Assembly: GCA_963819925.1 (NCBI GenBank)
Contig: CAWFYG010000005.1
Coordinates: 381,849-445,848 of the forward strand
Length of the DNA stretch: 64,000 nt
Direction: 5' to 3'
From: an uncultured Chitinophagaceae bacterium
GTDB lineage: Bacteria > Bacteroidota > Bacteroidia > Chitinophagales > Chitinophagaceae
This document shows positions 61,104 through 64,000 of the stretch, piece after piece. A program made the position numbers and the translations under genes. A model generated the notes under the pieces. It was not told the DNA's origin and did no database searches. It was given only the letters and a program-made list of their open reading frames with translations. Position 1 is the first letter of the stretch, and every line of letters begins with the position of its first letter.

Positions 61104-62486
61104 TTATCTCATTCCTCTTACATCAATCATCCCCTTAAATGAAAATTTATCCAATGTTTTATTAGCTAATATAACCGAAGGATCTTCTTTATAAATTTCC
61201 TGTACCTGTGGAATAAAACTGCCGGTGGTTATATATTTAATTGCTTTTGCAAGACACGATTCTGACGTGTCGCCCCAATCTTTATCGAGTCCATCTGCTA
61301 CAATTGCATCAGGAGTAAATCCATTGAAATACCCTCCGTAATTGGAGGCGTTGGTTGACCGGAAAGAGACAGGAAATACATACCAATCGCCTGCAGAGAT
61401 AGGAAAAAACCCAACCGGCTTACCATCTGTGTTGTTCGGGCCGATAAGTTTGACTGTCATGTATGGCTTTAAGTTATTGATCAGTAATTCGCTGGCGGAG
61501 GCCGTGCTTTGGGTTACGATAAAAAATACATGGTCAGGATTTAGTGAGCCGGTTTTACTAAAATACAATGCAGTATTATAATTCGGGTGTTTATCATTAT
61601 AAGTTTCTTTCATCATTAAACTTCCGTTTGCCGAAGACGGCGCAAGGTAATCAGCAAGTTTTTGCTGAAGTGATACATAACCTCCGCCATTATAACGCAA
61701 ATCAATAACAATATCGCTTACGCTTTTTGTGGCAAAATTGCTCATTACTCTTTGCAGGGCGCTGTTAATTTGTGATGTGTCACCAAGGAAAGAATTCATC
61801 ACCATGTAACCGATTTTTTTTACGCCAACAGTATAAACTGAATCAAGATAAACAGTTTGTTGGGGATAGGTAGTGGCATTTAATGTAATGTCAACTGAAC
61901 TACCATCTGGCTTCGTGAACGTAAAGGTGGAACTTGCGCTGTAAAAAACAGCATTTACAATAAAGTCTGAATTGGAAGTTTTAATGTTTGTACTTCCATT
62001 AATTTTTGTAATTCTCCAGCCTCGTTGAATCCCTGCAAGACCTGCAGGAGATAACCTTTCCACTAATTTTACCCTAAGGTCGCCTTCAACCCTAAAAAAA
62101 ACGCTCAAACCGAAATCTCCTGATGATGCAATATTATTGGCAGATCCTATTCCCCCGCTTAGCTGGTTCCAATCTGTCTTAAGTACTCCGAAACTCCACC
62201 TGTCAACCGGGCTATTATAACCGGGCTCATTGCTATAGGCCCGGATGGCAACCATTACTTCATTTGGGTCATTATAACTTTGAGGGTCAAAGTTTGAAGG
62301 AATATTATTATACCATAAATAAAAATCGTTTGATGCGATCAACGCTGAATCTTTAGCCTTTGCGGCCAATGTGGTTGAATCGGTTGGCGGTGTGTTGGTC
62401 GGCGTATCCTTTGTTTTTTTACAGGAACTCGTTATTCCTACAAAAAAAATAACAGTTACAAGATGGAAAAGCGGTTTATTTTTCAT
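61104..62486 (-). CDS. S41 family peptidase lipoprotein with PDZ domain
   Basis: Lipobox ITSSC; PDZ SPAGLAGIQRG; IDLRYNGGG, TASASE, TDGKPVG. Confidence 0.92.
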   Translation of the reverse strand: MKNKPLFHLVTVIFFVGITSSCKKTKDTPTNTPPTDSTTLAAKAKDSALIASNDFYLWYNNIPSNFDPQSYNDPNEVMVAIRAYSNEPGYNSPVDRWSFGVLKTDWNQLSGGIGSANNIASSGDFGLSVFFRVEGDLRVKLVERLSPAGLAGIQRGWRITKINGSTNIKTSNSDFIVNAVFYSASSTFTFTKPDGSSVDITLNATTYPQQTVYLDSVYTVGVKKIGYMVMNSFLGDTSQINSALQRVMSNFATKSVSDIVIDLRYNGGGYVSLQQKLADYLAPSSANGSLMMKETYNDKHPNYNTALYFSKTGSLNPDHVFFIVTQSTASASELLINNLKPYMTVKLIGPNNTDGKPVGFFPISAGDWYVFPVSFRSTNASNYGGYFNGFTPDAIVADGLDKDWGDTSESCLAKAIKYITTGSFIPQVQEIYKEDPSVILANKTLDKFSFKGMIDVRGMR

Positions 62487-62649
62487 AACTTAAAATGGAT
62501 AGTAAATTAAACAAAATATTTATGAAAATATTATTGCAAAATTCTTATTGTAAAGTATTTAACAGGGGTTAAATTTTTTTTTGACACATTTGTGTCTCTA
62601 AAATAAATTGAGGTTGGATAATTGTAGATGTTTTCAAAATCTTTTATCA

Positions 62650-63114
62650 ATGACCAAAAAACAAAGTGCAGGTTTAGTAATATACAGGAAAGACAAAAAT
62701 TTGCTGGAAGTATTCCTGGTGCATCCCGGCGGTCCGTTCTGGAAAAATAAAGACGAGGGAGCATGGTCAATTCCGAAAGGAGAATTTGAAGAAACCGAAC
62801 AACCCTTACAGGCCGCCATCAGGGAATGCGCTGAGGAAACCGGGAAAGCTGTTTCAGGAAGATTCATGAAATTAAGCCCGGTAATTCAAAAGTCTGGTAA
62901 AACGGTATTTGCCTGGGCGGTTCAACAAAACATCGATACTTCTCACATTACATCTAACAAATTTAAAATAGAATGGCCGCCACGTTCCGGCAAATTTCAA
63001 AACTTTCCTGAGGTTGATAAAGTTGCCTGGTTTGTAATTAACGAGGCGAAGAAAAAGATTAATGTGGCACAGATTTCCTTGCTGACGGAGTTGGAGGAAA
63101 AATCAACGGCCTAG
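62650..63114 (+). CDS. NUDIX hydrolase
   Basis: LVHPGGPFW; Nudix box GEFEETEQPLQAAIRECAEETG; FPEVD; start ATG 62650. Confidence 0.92.
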   Translation: MTKKQSAGLVIYRKDKNLLEVFLVHPGGPFWKNKDEGAWSIPKGEFEETEQPLQAAIRECAEETGKAVSGRFMKLSPVIQKSGKTVFAWAVQQNIDTSHITSNKFKIEWPPRSGKFQNFPEVDKVAWFVINEAKKKINVAQISLLTELEEKSTA

Positions 63115-63401
63115 TTCAATTCCAGCTTAGGCAAGCGAAAATTTTGACTGTCGTAAACGAATAATTCGTCGATCTCGTAGGTCCAGAATTGATATAAAGT
63201 TGATTTGGCAAGAATTTTTTCAACTTCCTCTTTTGTCTCGGCATTAATAATAATCCAGGAACGGTGGGTTTCCATGCTCACTGCATAGCTCTCGATTACG
63301 TTGGTATTAATCAGCATGTTAACGTAAGTGCGATGCTCGGGAACATAGTCCATGAAATCTTTAGTGAAATTGAACTTAATATTTACTAAAAAAGTTTTCA
63401 T
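63111..63401 (-). CDS. Muconolactone isomerase / YciI-like protein
   Basis: VPEHRTYVNML, ESYAVS, WIII; ATGA overlap with the mtaB stop. Confidence 0.65.
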   Translation of the reverse strand: MKTFLVNIKFNFTKDFMDYVPEHRTYVNMLINTNVIESYAVSMETHRSWIIINAETKEEVEKILAKSTLYQFWTYEIDELFVYDSQNFRLPKLELN

Positions 63402-64000
63402 TGTAGTTTCCAGTCGATAATGTGGTTGGTCCATTCGGCTCTAAAAGGTACAGAAATTTTAATATAGTTATCTGTATATCCTTCCATCATCTCGTTTTTA
63501 TTCTGACTTTCGAAGAGAACTTTCCTTTTTTCACCTCTGTGTTGCTCAGTAAAATCCTGTAATTTTTTGAATGATAATTTACGCAAAATTTTGGTTCTCC
63601 TGTGGCGGATATTCACGGGAACCACGGGGTGTAGATCCAGTGCATGCGTATTTGCTCTTTCGGAATAAGTAAATACGTGCAGGTACGATACATCTATATC
63701 TTTGAGAAAATCTACGGTTTCATTAAAATCTTCGTCAGTCTCTCCCGGGAAACCCGTTATTACATCAACTCCTATGCAACAATGAGGAATAAGTTTCTTT
63801 ATAAGAGAAATTTTTTCAGCATATAATTCTTTTTTATAACGCCTTCGCATAGACGCCAGAATTTTATTACTTCCGCTTTGCAGGGGAATGTGAAAATGAG
63901 GCATTATCTTTTTACTTCCGGCAACGAGTTTTATAATGCTATCCGATAGGAGATTGGGTTCAATAGACGAAATGCGGTATCGTTCAACGCCGTCAGTATT
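63398..64000 (-). CDS. mtaB: tRNA t6A37 methylthiotransferase MtaB (3' part; 5' end outside the window)
   Basis: RISSIEPNLL, PHFHIPLQSGS, DVITGFPGET, HVFTYSER, GYTDNY. Confidence 0.93.
   Translation of the reverse strand, partial: NTDGVERYRISSIEPNLLSDSIIKLVAGSKKIMPHFHIPLQSGSNKILASMRRRYKKELYAEKISLIKKLIPHCCIGVDVITGFPGETDEDFNETVDFLKDIDVSYLHVFTYSERANTHALDLHPVVPVNIRHRRTKILRKLSFKKLQDFTEQHRGEKRKVLFESQNKNEMMEGYTDNYIKISVPFRAEWTNHIIDWKLQ

Noticed and set aside
2413-63826. Numerous 60-125 aa ORFs in the track that overlap longer genes
   Set aside because: Antisense or alternate-frame shadows of well-supported CDSs
1-64000. CRISPR arrays, IS elements, prophage genes, rRNA, riboswitches
   Set aside because: No regularly spaced repeats, transposase or phage motifs, or recognisable RNA consensus seen by eye; an Rfam/Infernal scan of the long gaps (8445-9013, 22240-22697, 55530-56020, 58030-58590) would be needed to exclude ncRNAs

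Overview
Low-GC chromosomal DNA from a Bacteroidota bacterium, probably Chitinophagaceae-like. This is inferred from TAnnTTTG -7 promoter boxes, lipoboxes, a T9SS C-terminal sorting domain and typical Bacteroidota gene neighbourhoods. Contents in order: an indel-riddled valS region (probably assembly error), an epsilon/GIY-YIG nuclease, aat-clpS, a SulP transporter and tRNA-Val(TAC). Immediately after the tRNA is the most striking element, a five-gene, co-oriented, partly translationally coupled locus (9014-18076). It encodes an FhaA-like protein, a membrane PP2C phosphatase, a 1382-aa single-chain SEDS (RodA/FtsW) + class B PBP fusion with intact catalytic motifs, a second FHA protein, and a membrane Ser/Thr kinase with a C-terminal SH3b-like domain. 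This mirrors the actinobacterial fhaA-fhaB-pstP-rodA-pbpA-pknA/B cell-wall signalling operon, but in a Gram-negative and with different domain architectures. Downstream are an ECF sigma/anti-sigma/DUF6249 module with twin divergent promoters, a GH13, a membrane patatin, a complete urease cluster, a GH30/GH5-CBM6 pair, a four-gene hydroxyproline catabolic operon, secreted peptidases and assorted small genes. The window ends inside mtaB. No CRISPR array, IS element, integrase or rRNA was seen. All assignments are from motif reading by eye; no searches were run.
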